From Pseudobdellovibrionaceae bacterium (GTDB lineage Bacteria > Bdellovibrionota > Bdellovibrionia > Bdellovibrionales > Bdellovibrionaceae): a DNA stretch of 48,905 bases. The stretch spans positions 1-48,905 of the forward strand of contig JBIKLL010000015.1 in NCBI GenBank assembly GCA_044359815.1. Reading direction: 5' to 3'. Each line of letters opens with the position of its first letter. The stretch's first letter is position 1. The notes under the pieces are model-generated. The model was not told the origin of the DNA. It made no database searches and saw nothing but the letters and a program-made list of their open reading frames with translations. This document shows, piece by piece, positions 1 through 8,313 of the stretch. The position numbers and the translations under genes are program-made.

Positions 1-125
1 TCACTTTCAGAAACTTCTCCGTCTTTTTTAAATTTAAAGAATTTTTGATGAATCTCAGTTACCGATGCAAATTTCATATTCATAACAAACCGCACAATTT
101 CCGTATCCCTTTTTGTCACATACAT
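1..125 (-). CDS. Partial CDS (N-terminus only; runs off the window start), replication-relaxation (Replic_Relax)-like protein
   Basis: Hand translation from ATG at 125: MYVTKRDTEIVRFVMNMKFASVTEIHQKFFKFKKDGEVSES. The T-x-RD-x-x-I...F-x-S-x-x-E-I...F pattern resembles the wHTH start of Replic_Relax proteins. RBS-like AGAAAGGAA lies upstream. Not in the ORF track. Confidence 0.45.
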   Translation of the reverse strand, partial: MYVTKRDTEIVRFVMNMKFASVTEIHQKFFKFKKDGEVSES

Positions 126-139
126 TGTTATTTCCTTTC

Positions 140-214
140 TTCCGCAAGCTGCATTTGTTCGTGACCACCCTATCGTTGTGAGAGGGTGGTCACGAACAAA
201 TGCAGCTTGCGGAA
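140..214. repeat. Perfect 32-bp inverted repeat with 11-nt loop
   Basis: 140-171 TTCCGCAAGCTGCATTTGTTCGTGACCACCCT is the exact reverse complement of 183-214. Confidence 0.95.
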
Positions 215-300
215 CCTAAATTATTTGATCTTTGCAATTATTTAGCTGGGGCCCCCTACCCCAATCGCTGTGTGACGTGCTCAGTGAGTCTGCAATTTTA

Positions 301-519
301 GTTTGCAAAATTGGCTACAATTTGACCTTCGGGCTATCGCGACCTTCGCACTAAATTTGAGCGATTTTTTTCGTCAATCGACGTCTACATTTTGGCTACA
401 AAGTACCGAAAACCACCAAAATTGACCGAATTTAAACGAACTGATTTTTTGCTGCAAGTGATTGATATAAAACGATTTATTTATATATTTCGTACGTTTA
501 TAAAATGCCCGGTCCCAAT
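301..519. mobile_element. Probable end (att arm region) of an integrative element extending left of the window
   Basis: Direct repeat TTGGCTACAA at 311-320 and 392-401, tandem GTCTACA/GGCTACA, and AAGTGATTGAT, all just before a tRNA 3' fragment that begins at the anticodon loop. Confidence 0.45.
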
Positions 520-677
520 CTCATAACCCGAAGTTGTGCCGGCGGCAAAATGTGACTGTGACTTTGCCTGTGGCACATTTTGATGACGAGCATGGAACGA
601 AGGCAAAAGGGCTTGGCCCTTTTGCAGCAGTGACGTCGGCGGCTCGCCGACTGGTTCAAATCCTGCCCCCGCAACCA
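520..677 (+). pseudogene. 3' fragment of tRNA-fMet(CAT) interrupted by a ~119-nt structured insert (repeat copy 1)
   Basis: CTCATAACCCGAAG (520-533) and GGTTCAAATCCTGCCCCCGCAACCA (653-677) match the anticodon arm and T-arm/acceptor/CCA end of bacterial initiator tRNA. The 5' half is absent. The insert 534-652 has hairpins at 546-582, 603-625 and 635-651. Confidence 0.85.
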
Positions 678-703
678 ATTTCGAACCTAGAGAAATTGGC
701 TAA

Positions 704-1111
704 GTGATCGAAGCAAATAAGAAAATTAAAACTGAAAGCGGTGCTCCGTGGGAAAAGGTTGTCGGTTACTGCCGAGCTATTCGTATGGGAAATATCATCG
801 CCGTTACAGGAACAGCCTCAGTTTCAGATGATGGAAGAATCTTTGCCGTTGGCAAGCCATACGAACAAGCAAAGCGATGTCTTGAGATCATTGAAAAGGC
901 CATTCAACCACTTGGAGCAATTCGAGAGGACATTATCCGCACTCGTATCTTTGTAACTGACATTAGCAAGTGGCAAGAGTTCGGTCGGGCTCATGGCGAG
1001 TTTTTTGTGAATCATCCTCCCGCAACAAGCATGATTGAGGTTAAGTCCTTAATTGATCCCGACATGCTTATTGAGATTGAAGCCGATGCCATTATTGGTG
1101 AGAGAATCTAG
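704..1111 (+). CDS. RidA/YjgF/YER057c/UK114 family protein
   Basis: SGAPWE..VGY.RA, GRAHGEFF, PATSMIEV and LIEIEADA motifs. Confidence 0.9.
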   Translation: MIEANKKIKTESGAPWEKVVGYCRAIRMGNIIAVTGTASVSDDGRIFAVGKPYEQAKRCLEIIEKAIQPLGAIREDIIRTRIFVTDISKWQEFGRAHGEFFVNHPPATSMIEVKSLIDPDMLIEIEADAIIGERI

Positions 1112-1125
1112 CAATGGGTCACACC

Positions 1126-1366
1126 CTTCTAGCCCCTGATATACGTTGGACACATTTACTACGTCGACTAGGCGTGGTACTAAACCAAGAAAAAGGTGTT
1201 CAAAATGAAGAGTTTCACGGTTGAATTTAAAGACCAAATTGTTAAAGAGGTTCAAGAGGTCGGCAATATTAGTTTAGTTTGTCGAAAGCACAACTTAAGA
1301 ACCAGCACTGTTCATACGTGGTTTCATAAATTTTCGAGTAGATTCTCTATCGTCAACTTTCAGTGA
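1126..1366 (+). mobile_element. Truncated IS3-family remnant (OrfA HTH fragment at 1205-1366 plus probable left end)
   Basis: Hand translation of 1205-1366: [43 protein letters not shown]..., a typical transposase OrfA helix-turn-helix. Upstream GCCCC...GTTGGACAC resembles IS3-type IR ends. No DDE OrfB is present. Confidence 0.65.
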
Positions 1367-1549
1367 CATTCTCACTTCAAAATCTTGACTCCACAAAACC
1401 ATAGGGAGTTCATTGGCCTCGCCATCTATTAAATGATGTGAGCAATTCGGATTTGCAAGACTTTTATGTCTGACTCGAATGGCCTTGAGAGTCACCTCAA
1501 AGCCCGATGCCTTTCGAAAAGCTGAAGGTGCATTTACAAGTAAATTCAT
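1295..1549 (-). CDS. Hypothetical protein, possibly truncated by the IS3 remnant
   Basis: ATGA overlap with the COG0523 stop codon suggests translational coupling. The 3' end runs into the IS remnant. Confidence 0.35.
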   Translation of the reverse strand: MNLLVNAPSAFRKASGFEVTLKAIRVRHKSLANPNCSHHLIDGEANELPMVLWSQDFEVRMSLKVDDRESTRKFMKPRMNSAGS

Positions 1550-2772
1550 AGAGAGATTTGCCGACTCTCGAGATCATTCATCAATTGCCATTTGGGAAGT
1601 GGGTCCTTTAACTTCTTCCACGCGGGAACACCCTGCAAATCTTCTTCATCCGTTAATAAGCAAGAATCCAGCAAATTTTTATCAGCCTCTTTATCTAAAT
1701 TTTGACCGATAAAAACCAACTCTTGGCCTCTATCACCGTAAACCTCATCCCAATCTTTTTTAATAATATCGAGATCTTCTTTTACGGTAGGCCAATCTTC
1801 TTGAGGCGAAGCCGCATACCAGCGCCCCACACACTCTAGTGTTACAACTTGGCCTGCCTGCGACCACAGCCCAATATAATTCGGGCGAGTAGCGATCCAA
1901 AATAAGCCCTTAACTCGTAAAAATCGCTTCCCTTCTTTTAAAAGAAAGTTCCAAAGACGTTCTGGATGAAAAGGTTTTCTCGCCCGATAAACAAAGCTGC
2001 TGACACCATATTCTTCGGTTTCAGGCCTTTCTTCACCGCGCAAAACAGCCATCCAGCCGGGTGCCTCGTGGGCTTTTTCAAAATTAAAAAGGCCCGTGTT
2101 TAAAATAGCTTGGAGCGGCACTCTCGATTGAATGGATTCAATGACCTTGGCGGTTGAATTGAGTGACGTTAAAATCGCCTTCAGGGTTTCTTTTTCTTCA
2201 GCTGTGATGAGATCAATTTTATTCAGCACAATCACATCGGCAAACTCAACCTGTTCGATTAAAAGGTCTGTGATTGTTCGCTCATCATCTTTTCCCAACT
2301 CAAGATGACGTGATTTTAGACTTTTTGACGCTTTGTAATCTTGTAAAAAATTCTTCGCATCAACAACTGTAACCATAGTGTCCAGCCGGGCAACGTCAGA
2401 AAGGCTTTTGCCACTTTCTTCAGTAAACGTGAAAGTCTCTGCCACTGGCATAGGCTCTGAGATGCCCGTCGACTCAATCAATAAGTAATCAAATCTCTTT
2501 TCTTTGGCTAAACGCGAAACCTCGGCCAGCAGATCTTCACGTAGGGTGCAGCAAATACAACCGTTACTCATCTCAACAAGTTTTTCTTCAGTTCGACTTA
2601 AAGCAGAGCCACCGTTTTTAACTAACTTTTCGTCAATATTGACTTCTGACATGTCGTTGACAATCACGGCGACTTTTAAACCTTCTCGATTGTTTAAAAC
2701 ATGATTCAAAAGTGTCGTCTTTCCAGCACCTAAAAAGCCAGAAAGTACAGTGACTGGTAATTTTTGCTTCAT
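1546..2772 (-). CDS. COG0523 (CobW/ZigA/YciC-type) zinc metallochaperone GTPase
   Basis: GFLGAGKTT Walker A, GCICC motif, IESTG, NKID and C-terminal CobW_C ([20 protein letters not shown]). Zur-regulated context. Confidence 0.95.
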   Translation of the reverse strand: MKQKLPVTVLSGFLGAGKTTLLNHVLNNREGLKVAVIVNDMSEVNIDEKLVKNGGSALSRTEEKLVEMSNGCICCTLREDLLAEVSRLAKEKRFDYLLIESTGISEPMPVAETFTFTEESGKSLSDVARLDTMVTVVDAKNFLQDYKASKSLKSRHLELGKDDERTITDLLIEQVEFADVIVLNKIDLITAEEKETLKAILTSLNSTAKVIESIQSRVPLQAILNTGLFNFEKAHEAPGWMAVLRGEERPETEEYGVSSFVYRARKPFHPERLWNFLLKEGKRFLRVKGLFWIATRPNYIGLWSQAGQVVTLECVGRWYAASPQEDWPTVKEDLDIIKKDWDEVYGDRGQELVFIGQNLDKEADKNLLDSCLLTDEEDLQGVPAWKKLKDPLPKWQLMNDLESRQISL

Positions 2773-2852
2773 TGACTGCTCCTCCAGGTTGAATCTTTAC
2801 ATATATGTAAAGCAATTGAGAAAAGCAGTATATATGACGAAAAGATTGCAAA

Positions 2853-2867
2853 TGCAACTAGGTTGCA
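2853..2867. promoter_or_regulatory. Putative Zur box between the divergent COG0523 gene and zinc-uptake operon
   Basis: Perfect palindrome TGCAAC-TAG-GTTGCA. The same TGCAA-N5-TTGCA core occurs upstream of the Fur-family gene (8107-8121). Confidence 0.75.
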
Positions 2868-2911
2868 CTACATGTATTCCCAGATTACATAACGAACTAT
2901 TAGAGGTATAT

Positions 2912-3535
2912 ATGAAAAATATTTTAACGATGATGTTGTCACTGACTTTGATTTATTCGTTCTCGGCTAACGCCCACGGCGACCACCCAAAGAATCTTAA
3001 TCTTGCGAAATCACCCACCATTTTAGCTGGCTTTGAAGCCGCCGCAGTGTTTGCGAAAAGCTTTAAAGAAGCTAATGGAAAGAAAATTACAAACGAATTG
3101 ATCGGAATTCATTCACAGGCTGCAAACGATGAAGTCTTGGTAGGCGTATACAATGTGCTATCGCAAAGTCAGGCCGCAAAAGACTTATACGGATGTCATT
3201 TTCACAACGATAAAAATGGTAAAATCGAGAGCACGCACTGCCACTTTGAAGAAAAAATAACTTTTGAATATTTTGCTTCGCCTAAAAGCTATTCAATCGA
3301 AGAGTATGCAATTAGCGCCAATAGCGCTATTGAACTCTTCGAATCTCGAGGCGGTAACCCTGCCACAATTGATAAAGCTAAAATTTGGAAAGCAGGCGAC
3401 GATATTCAAATTTCATTTAAATGGACTGGAGAAAACAACAATGCAAAAGTAGCCTACTTTATGTGTCACTACCACGGTAACCATATAGATTGCCATCGCC
3501 AAAGTCGACCCGGCCCCAATGAGCCACAGGATTAA
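2912..3535 (+). CDS. Secreted His/Cys-rich putative zinc-binding protein
   Basis: Start reassigned to ATG 2912 (GAGG RBS, signal peptide ending ANA-HGDH). Duplicated motif YGCHFH...HCH and FMCHYHGNHIDCH. Confidence 0.75.
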   Translation: MKNILTMMLSLTLIYSFSANAHGDHPKNLNLAKSPTILAGFEAAAVFAKSFKEANGKKITNELIGIHSQAANDEVLVGVYNVLSQSQAAKDLYGCHFHNDKNGKIESTHCHFEEKITFEYFASPKSYSIEEYAISANSAIELFESRGGNPATIDKAKIWKAGDDIQISFKWTGENNNAKVAYFMCHYHGNHIDCHRQSRPGPNEPQD

Positions 3536-3538
3536 TTT

Positions 3539-4174
3539 ATGGTTAATTGTTTGATGTTACGCGCACTTTTGACTCTTTTTTGCACTTTTGCTCTTATCGC
3601 TTGCGGTGGGGGCAGAAATCCTGACCTTGATGCCGCAAAACAAATCCCGGCTTCACAAAAAATAGGCAGTCAAAAAGCGGAAGTATTAATCGGAGAAGAC
3701 ACCCTAGTTTTTACTAACGGTACGCTTGAGGGCTCTGGCGTCGTGCGTTTTGCTTCGCCACTCGACAAGACGGAATCAGCAAACAACTTTACAATTCAGA
3801 TCGAGCTTGCCGAGAACTCTTCTGTCACGCTGGTGGCAAATTCGAATCGCAACCTAGCGGCTGGTGTAGAAATTGAGATTTCTCGGCCAGCGGGTTCGAC
3901 TTCGCCTCATGTGATCGCGCGCACAAGCCAAGATTCTCTGGATATCAGTACTAGCTTCTCTAACGTTGATGTCACAAGTGCAATGCATCTGTCCTTTGAT
4001 ATTCACAATGATCACGGAAATTCTTTGCATTTTTTGGCATGGAACGAGCAAACAGGTGAAGAGCTATTAAGCGATATCTTGAGCGGTCGCGGATTCGGCG
4101 CCAACTGGGGGCTAAAGTTACAAACAGCAAAAATAACCGGTATTGTAAAAAACGGACCCAAGGATAAACACTGA
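3539..4174 (+). CDS. Hypothetical lipoprotein in the zinc operon
   Basis: Lipobox LIAC, beta-rich body, HNDH..LH motif. TGATG overlap with the next gene. Confidence 0.75.
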   Translation: MVNCLMLRALLTLFCTFALIACGGGRNPDLDAAKQIPASQKIGSQKAEVLIGEDTLVFTNGTLEGSGVVRFASPLDKTESANNFTIQIELAENSSVTLVANSNRNLAAGVEIEISRPAGSTSPHVIARTSQDSLDISTSFSNVDVTSAMHLSFDIHNDHGNSLHFLAWNEQTGEELLSDILSGRGFGANWGLKLQTAKITGIVKNGPKDKH

Positions 4175-5247
4175 TGTTGATTTTAGTTTCTTTTCTACTT
4201 TTATCAACTACCGGCAATGCGCAATCGCTTTTACAAAATTTAAATGTTGCAGCTGCTGTTGATATTGTTGCGCCCACGTCATTTGACGAATCAGAAGACA
4301 ACAAGGTTGGCGTGCGATCAGCCGAACTTATGTTCTACGCTCCGATTGATCATATCTTTGACGGTGTTTTAAATGTTGCGGGTCATGATGATGAAGGAGA
4401 ATTTCACTTTGAGCTTCATGAAGGCTATATAGGGTCATCAAAGCTGATTCCACAATCGCGATTTCGTATCGGAAAGTTTTTCTTAAATGTAGGTAGATTA
4501 AATACATTTCATCAACATGACTGGCCATTCATTGCAGCACCCAAAGTTCACCGCGAGTTTTTTAATCCTGGTGCCCATTCTGCTATCGAAGCCGAAGGTG
4601 CGGCTGATACAGGCATCGAATATTCTTGGATTTTGCCCACGGATAGATACTTTGACATCACTGTCGGCGTCACTAACGGCTACTGCTTCGGACATTGCCA
4701 CGATGAAGGCGAGCGACCGCCCTACCCACTTCACTATATTCATCCCACGACATTTTTTGACTGGGGCACCGGCCGCGGTATACTGCTAGGCGCATCTTAT
4801 CTGGGAAGAAAAGATTCTTCGGATGTTAAAACTGATCTCTTTGGCATTGATCTCACCTATAAAAATCGCGAAGGCCGAAAGCTGAAATGGCTTGTGCAAA
4901 GCGAGGTGTATTATCAGATGCAGTCCGCCCCAGCTATGGAGACTTCAAAAAAAGCAGGTCTCTATATCTACCCCCAATACGGCATCAATGAAAACATCAG
5001 CTTTGGCGTTCGACTTGATGGTTTTTCTCATTTGAATTTGGAGTTTCAATCGAATGGCGAATCTCGCGAAGACTTTGATTATGCTTTTGCACCGACACTC
5101 ACTTATAAACCGAGTGAGTTCTCTGCGCTTCGCTTGGCTTATAGTCACGAAGTTGACACCACCCAAGGCGTAAGCGACGTCACTGATCGCCAGATTCAAA
5201 TGCAGTTTCTTTTTATTTTGGGCGCGCACCCAGCTCACGAGTTTTGA
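4174..5247 (+). CDS. Zinc-regulated outer-membrane beta-barrel/porin
   Basis: Signal peptide, amphipathic beta-strands, RLN.FHQHDWPF motif, and PSEFS..R and C-terminal LGAHPAHEF typical of outer-membrane proteins encoded beside metal ABC transporters. Confidence 0.75.
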   Translation: MLILVSFLLLSTTGNAQSLLQNLNVAAAVDIVAPTSFDESEDNKVGVRSAELMFYAPIDHIFDGVLNVAGHDDEGEFHFELHEGYIGSSKLIPQSRFRIGKFFLNVGRLNTFHQHDWPFIAAPKVHREFFNPGAHSAIEAEGAADTGIEYSWILPTDRYFDITVGVTNGYCFGHCHDEGERPPYPLHYIHPTTFFDWGTGRGILLGASYLGRKDSSDVKTDLFGIDLTYKNREGRKLKWLVQSEVYYQMQSAPAMETSKKAGLYIYPQYGINENISFGVRLDGFSHLNLEFQSNGESREDFDYAFAPTLTYKPSEFSALRLAYSHEVDTTQGVSDVTDRQIQMQFLFILGAHPAHEF

Positions 5248-5255
5248 GGTAAAAT

Positions 5256-6167
5256 ATGAGAATATTTATAAAAACACTTTTTATTATCATGGTCGCGGCC
5301 ACACCAGCTGATGCCAGTGCCCGCCTCAAGGTTATCACGACTCTTCCTGATTTAGCTGAAGCCGCGCGTGTCATCGGTGGCGACCATGCCGAAGTGGATT
5401 CACTTCTAGAAGGCACAGAGGATGCCCACTTCTTAGATGCCGTGCCAACTTTTATTCGAAAAGTGGCTAACGCTGATATCGTTTGTGTCATCGGACTTGA
5501 GCTTGAGGTTGGATGGATGCCAAAAATACTTTCAAAATCGGCCAATTCCAAAGTGCAGCCCGGCGGCATTGGCTACTGCGAAACAGGATCATTTATCAAT
5601 GCCCTTGATAAAGCGACGGGCCCTGTGGATCGTTCAATGGGTGACGTACATCCCGCCGGTAATCCGCATTTTACACTCGATCCCAAGACTCTTGCTGTAG
5701 GCGCAAGAGGCATTCTCGAAGCTCTTGTGCGCGCAAAACCAGATGCCAGTGAAACATTTCATTCAAACTACAGAAGCTTACAAGAACAAATGAGCTCACT
5801 ACACTCGGCAATTGATAACAAATTAAAACCCTTACAAAACACAAATCAACTTGCTTTTGTCGAATACCACAAAGACTTCACTTACTTTTTTAATAGTTAT
5901 AATTTAAAGTCTCTTGGTGCCATTGAAGAAAAGCCTGGTGTTCCACCTTCAGCCGCACGTCTTGCCATTTTTTCTAAAACAGCAAAAACCAACCAGGTTC
6001 GTATGGCACTTGGAGCACTCCACAGCCCAGAAAAACATCTCCGCCGCTTTTCTGAACTCAGTGGCATTCCTTTTAAAAAGCTCCCGACTATGGTTCAACC
6101 CAAAAATAAGAATCTCGACTCGATTGAAAAAGTCCAGCACTTTATCGCTGATTCAATTCTCAAATGA
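5256..6167 (+). CDS. znuA: Zn/Mn ABC transporter substrate-binding protein (ZnuA/TroA-like)
   Basis: LKVITT, DAHF, GLELE.GW, GDVHPAGNPHF, YH..F.YF and EEKPG.PP motifs. Confidence 0.88.
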   Translation: MRIFIKTLFIIMVAATPADASARLKVITTLPDLAEAARVIGGDHAEVDSLLEGTEDAHFLDAVPTFIRKVANADIVCVIGLELEVGWMPKILSKSANSKVQPGGIGYCETGSFINALDKATGPVDRSMGDVHPAGNPHFTLDPKTLAVGARGILEALVRAKPDASETFHSNYRSLQEQMSSLHSAIDNKLKPLQNTNQLAFVEYHKDFTYFFNSYNLKSLGAIEEKPGVPPSAARLAIFSKTAKTNQVRMALGALHSPEKHLRRFSELSGIPFKKLPTMVQPKNKNLDSIEKVQHFIADSILK

Positions 6168-6763
6168 ACCCAAGCCTTCAACTCAACGATGTAGCGGCTT
6201 TCACACCAGATGGGCGTCGGCTTTTTGAAGACATAAATTTTGAATTATCGCCTGGTCAAATTTTGATGATCGAAGGCGCCAATGGCTCTGGCAAAACCAC
6301 TCTGGTAAAAGTGATTTTAGGCCTTCACCCCTATTATCAGGGCATTGTTAAGAACGATTTTTCTGAGACCACCTATCTACCGCAGATTGGCAACGTGCAG
6401 TTTTTTTTACCACTCACCGTATTAGACGTGATTCAACTGCAAGCACCTCACGCAAATGAAGAATCAGTTTTAAATCTTGGTTTACTTACAGATAAAAATT
6501 CACTATCTCGGCCATGGAACACCGCCAGCGGTGGCGAAAGACAAAAGTCTCTTCTTACACGGGCCTTTTTAAGGTTTGGTCACATCCTCGTTCTCGATGA
6601 GCCGTTTAATCATCTTGATAAGGTGGCCCGGCATCAACTCGTTGATTTAATCCTGAAGAAAAAATATGAAGAGTGTGCTGTGCTTTTGATTTCTCACGAA
6701 CAAATCACTGAGTTTAAAGATTTTAAAAAAATTTCTATTCCTGCACATAGTAGCTACACATGA
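6164..6763 (+). CDS. znuC: Metal ABC transporter ATP-binding protein (ZnuC-like)
   Basis: GANGSGKTT, SGGERQK, LVLDEP and SH switch. Confidence 0.88.
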   Translation: MNPSLQLNDVAAFTPDGRRLFEDINFELSPGQILMIEGANGSGKTTLVKVILGLHPYYQGIVKNDFSETTYLPQIGNVQFFLPLTVLDVIQLQAPHANEESVLNLGLLTDKNSLSRPWNTASGGERQKSLLTRAFLRFGHILVLDEPFNHLDKVARHQLVDLILKKKYEECAVLLISHEQITEFKDFKKISIPAHSSYT

Positions 6764-7602
6764 TTTTACTTCTTGAAGCCTATAAATGGACCATTCTCGG
6801 CGGGATTTTAGGCGGCGCCGCGCTTTCGCTGATTGGCAGTCAACTGGCCAGCCGCAATCAGTCTGTCCAAACGTTGGTGGTCAGCCAAGCGGCTGCCATG
6901 GGCACCGTGATCGGGCTGGCACTGACTGTTCTTTTCAGATCACAAAAATTTCATCTCGAAGAAAGTAGCATCATACCATTGATAACAAGTTTTATCTCAG
7001 CACTCTTGTTTTACACTTTATGTGAAACTTTAATTTCCTACAAATGGCCTTCTCGCAATACCTACTATGTAGGTATTTTTGGCCTCTTGATGGCCGTTAC
7101 ATATAGCATAATATCCTTAGTACCGGGTCTAGAAACACATATGGCAGCCTCTTATTTTGGTGATCTAGCTTTAGCCAGCAATTCAGACTCTATCATCATG
7201 GCAGCAATTGGACTAATTGCAATTTTCTTCTTTAAATTTACTTGGCGACAAGTGACCGCTTGGTCGTTTGATACAGTGATTTTTGGGATTCAATCGCAAA
7301 GAAAATCTGATCGCACTTTGCAAGTTATTTTTGTTTCAGTTTCTCTTGTGACTATTGCTGCCAGTATTCAACTTTTAGGTTTTTTATTTACAGTGTCCTG
7401 CCTATTTCTACCTGCGATGATTCTGACAAGAACTCAAAAAAGACTGAGAGGGCTTAAAGCAAGGCTTGTTTCAGGTAGCGCCTTAGGTGTCGCGCTTGGA
7501 TTCATATTGTCGCTTTGGCACGGGCAGCTACCAACAGTACCCGCAATTGGAATCTGCCTGCTTTTCACTTCACTTTCGATGGGAATTCGGCGGGCACGAT
7601 AG
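6760..7602 (+). CDS. znuB: Metal ABC transporter permease (ZnuB/ABC-3-like)
   Basis: Multi-TM protein with YFGD and LPA motifs, coupled to the ATPase gene. Confidence 0.82.
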   Translation: MILLLEAYKWTILGGILGGAALSLIGSQLASRNQSVQTLVVSQAAAMGTVIGLALTVLFRSQKFHLEESSIIPLITSFISALLFYTLCETLISYKWPSRNTYYVGIFGLLMAVTYSIISLVPGLETHMAASYFGDLALASNSDSIIMAAIGLIAIFFFKFTWRQVTAWSFDTVIFGIQSQRKSDRTLQVIFVSVSLVTIAASIQLLGFLFTVSCLFLPAMILTRTQKRLRGLKARLVSGSALGVALGFILSLWHGQLPTVPAIGICLLFTSLSMGIRRAR

Positions 7603-7611
7603 TCTCAAGTT

Positions 7612-8055
7612 TCAGTACGTACATCCAGTACAAACCCCACGAAGAAAAATTGGCTGCTTTTTACCAAAGAAACGAAAGTCACCAAGTGCCGCCATAAAAT
7701 CGCGAATCCGGCTATGATCTTTTATTTCTTGATGGCGATGGCATTTTTGACAAAAAAGTAAAAGGTGGGCGTGGCTTTCACATTCGTGTGAGCAAAAAAC
7801 ATAACTGTTGGAATCGACTTCGTGTAAAACTCCAGCCTGTTTTAAATTGGCCAAATTGCGGTAAATAGAAACGCGGTCAACAACCTCAATATCTTTTGAA
7901 ATAGCTGCAATGAGGTCCGCTTGACTCAAGGCCAACTTAGCTTCTGCAAAAGCCAGCAATATACGACGACGTAATGGTGTTTTTTTTAAAGAGTGTTTTT
8001 CCAATACCTCATCGATACGCAGAAGCTCTTTTTTTCTTTGTGCTGACTGAACCAT
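7612..8055 (-). CDS. zur: Fur-family regulator, probable Zur
   Basis: T..R..IL, VSIYRNL..L...G, HAHLL..CQKC and C-terminal CTGC. Adjacent to the zinc ABC operon. Confidence 0.85.
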   Translation of the reverse strand: MVQSAQRKKELLRIDEVLEKHSLKKTPLRRRILLAFAEAKLALSQADLIAAISKDIEVVDRVSIYRNLANLKQAGVLHEVDSNSYVFCSHECESHAHLLLFCQKCHRHQEIKDHSRIRDFMAALGDFRFFGKKQPIFLRGVCTGCTY

Positions 8056-8102
8056 CCTCGTAATCTCCTAAAATCAGGCCCTATTATAAACCATGATTTC
8101 GA

Positions 8103-8125
8103 TAGATGCAATAATGTTGCATCTA
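8103..8125. promoter_or_regulatory. Putative autoregulatory Zur box
   Basis: TAGATGCAA-TAATG-TTGCATCTA, a 9-bp-arm palindrome ~50 bp upstream of the zur start. Confidence 0.75.
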
Positions 8126-8300
8126 CTCACTCAGCTTGGTATTCATAGGCTATAACGATGGCTTCGCCAGTTTTCTACACCAAATAGCGTTTTGTCTTTT
8201 AATTTCAATATGTTGGAAGGTCCACGATATATATAGGCATGGGATTGCGTTTTTCTACGCGAACTCATAGTTTAGAAAAGAACATCAGGCGCGCAACAGT

Positions 8301-8313
8301 CCCCCGCAACCAA
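8301..8313 (+). repeat. tRNA-fMet 3'-end duplication (att-like core), identical to 666-678
   Basis: CCCCCGCAACCAA occurs at both 666-678 and 8301-8313. Confidence 0.75.

Noticed and set aside
470..677. Intact tRNA-Met gene
   Set aside because: The 5' half (acceptor 5' strand and D-arm) is absent upstream of 520 and of 8485, and the T-stem 5' strand is disrupted.
481..678. 65-aa ORF (and similar ORFs 8329-8595, 8420-8632, 9857-10039)
   Set aside because: These are shadow translations of the tRNA fragment, hairpin repeat and MITE. MVAGAGFEP is the typical antisense reading of a tRNA 3' end, and the copies do not keep common starts or stops.
1049..1255. 68-aa minus-strand ORF
   Set aside because: It is antisense to the RidA end and the IS3 OrfA fragment, which explain the region better.
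2750..2911. N-terminal extension of the 261-aa ORF
   Set aside because: It overlaps the divergent gene start and the Zur box. The RBS and signal peptide point to ATG 2912.
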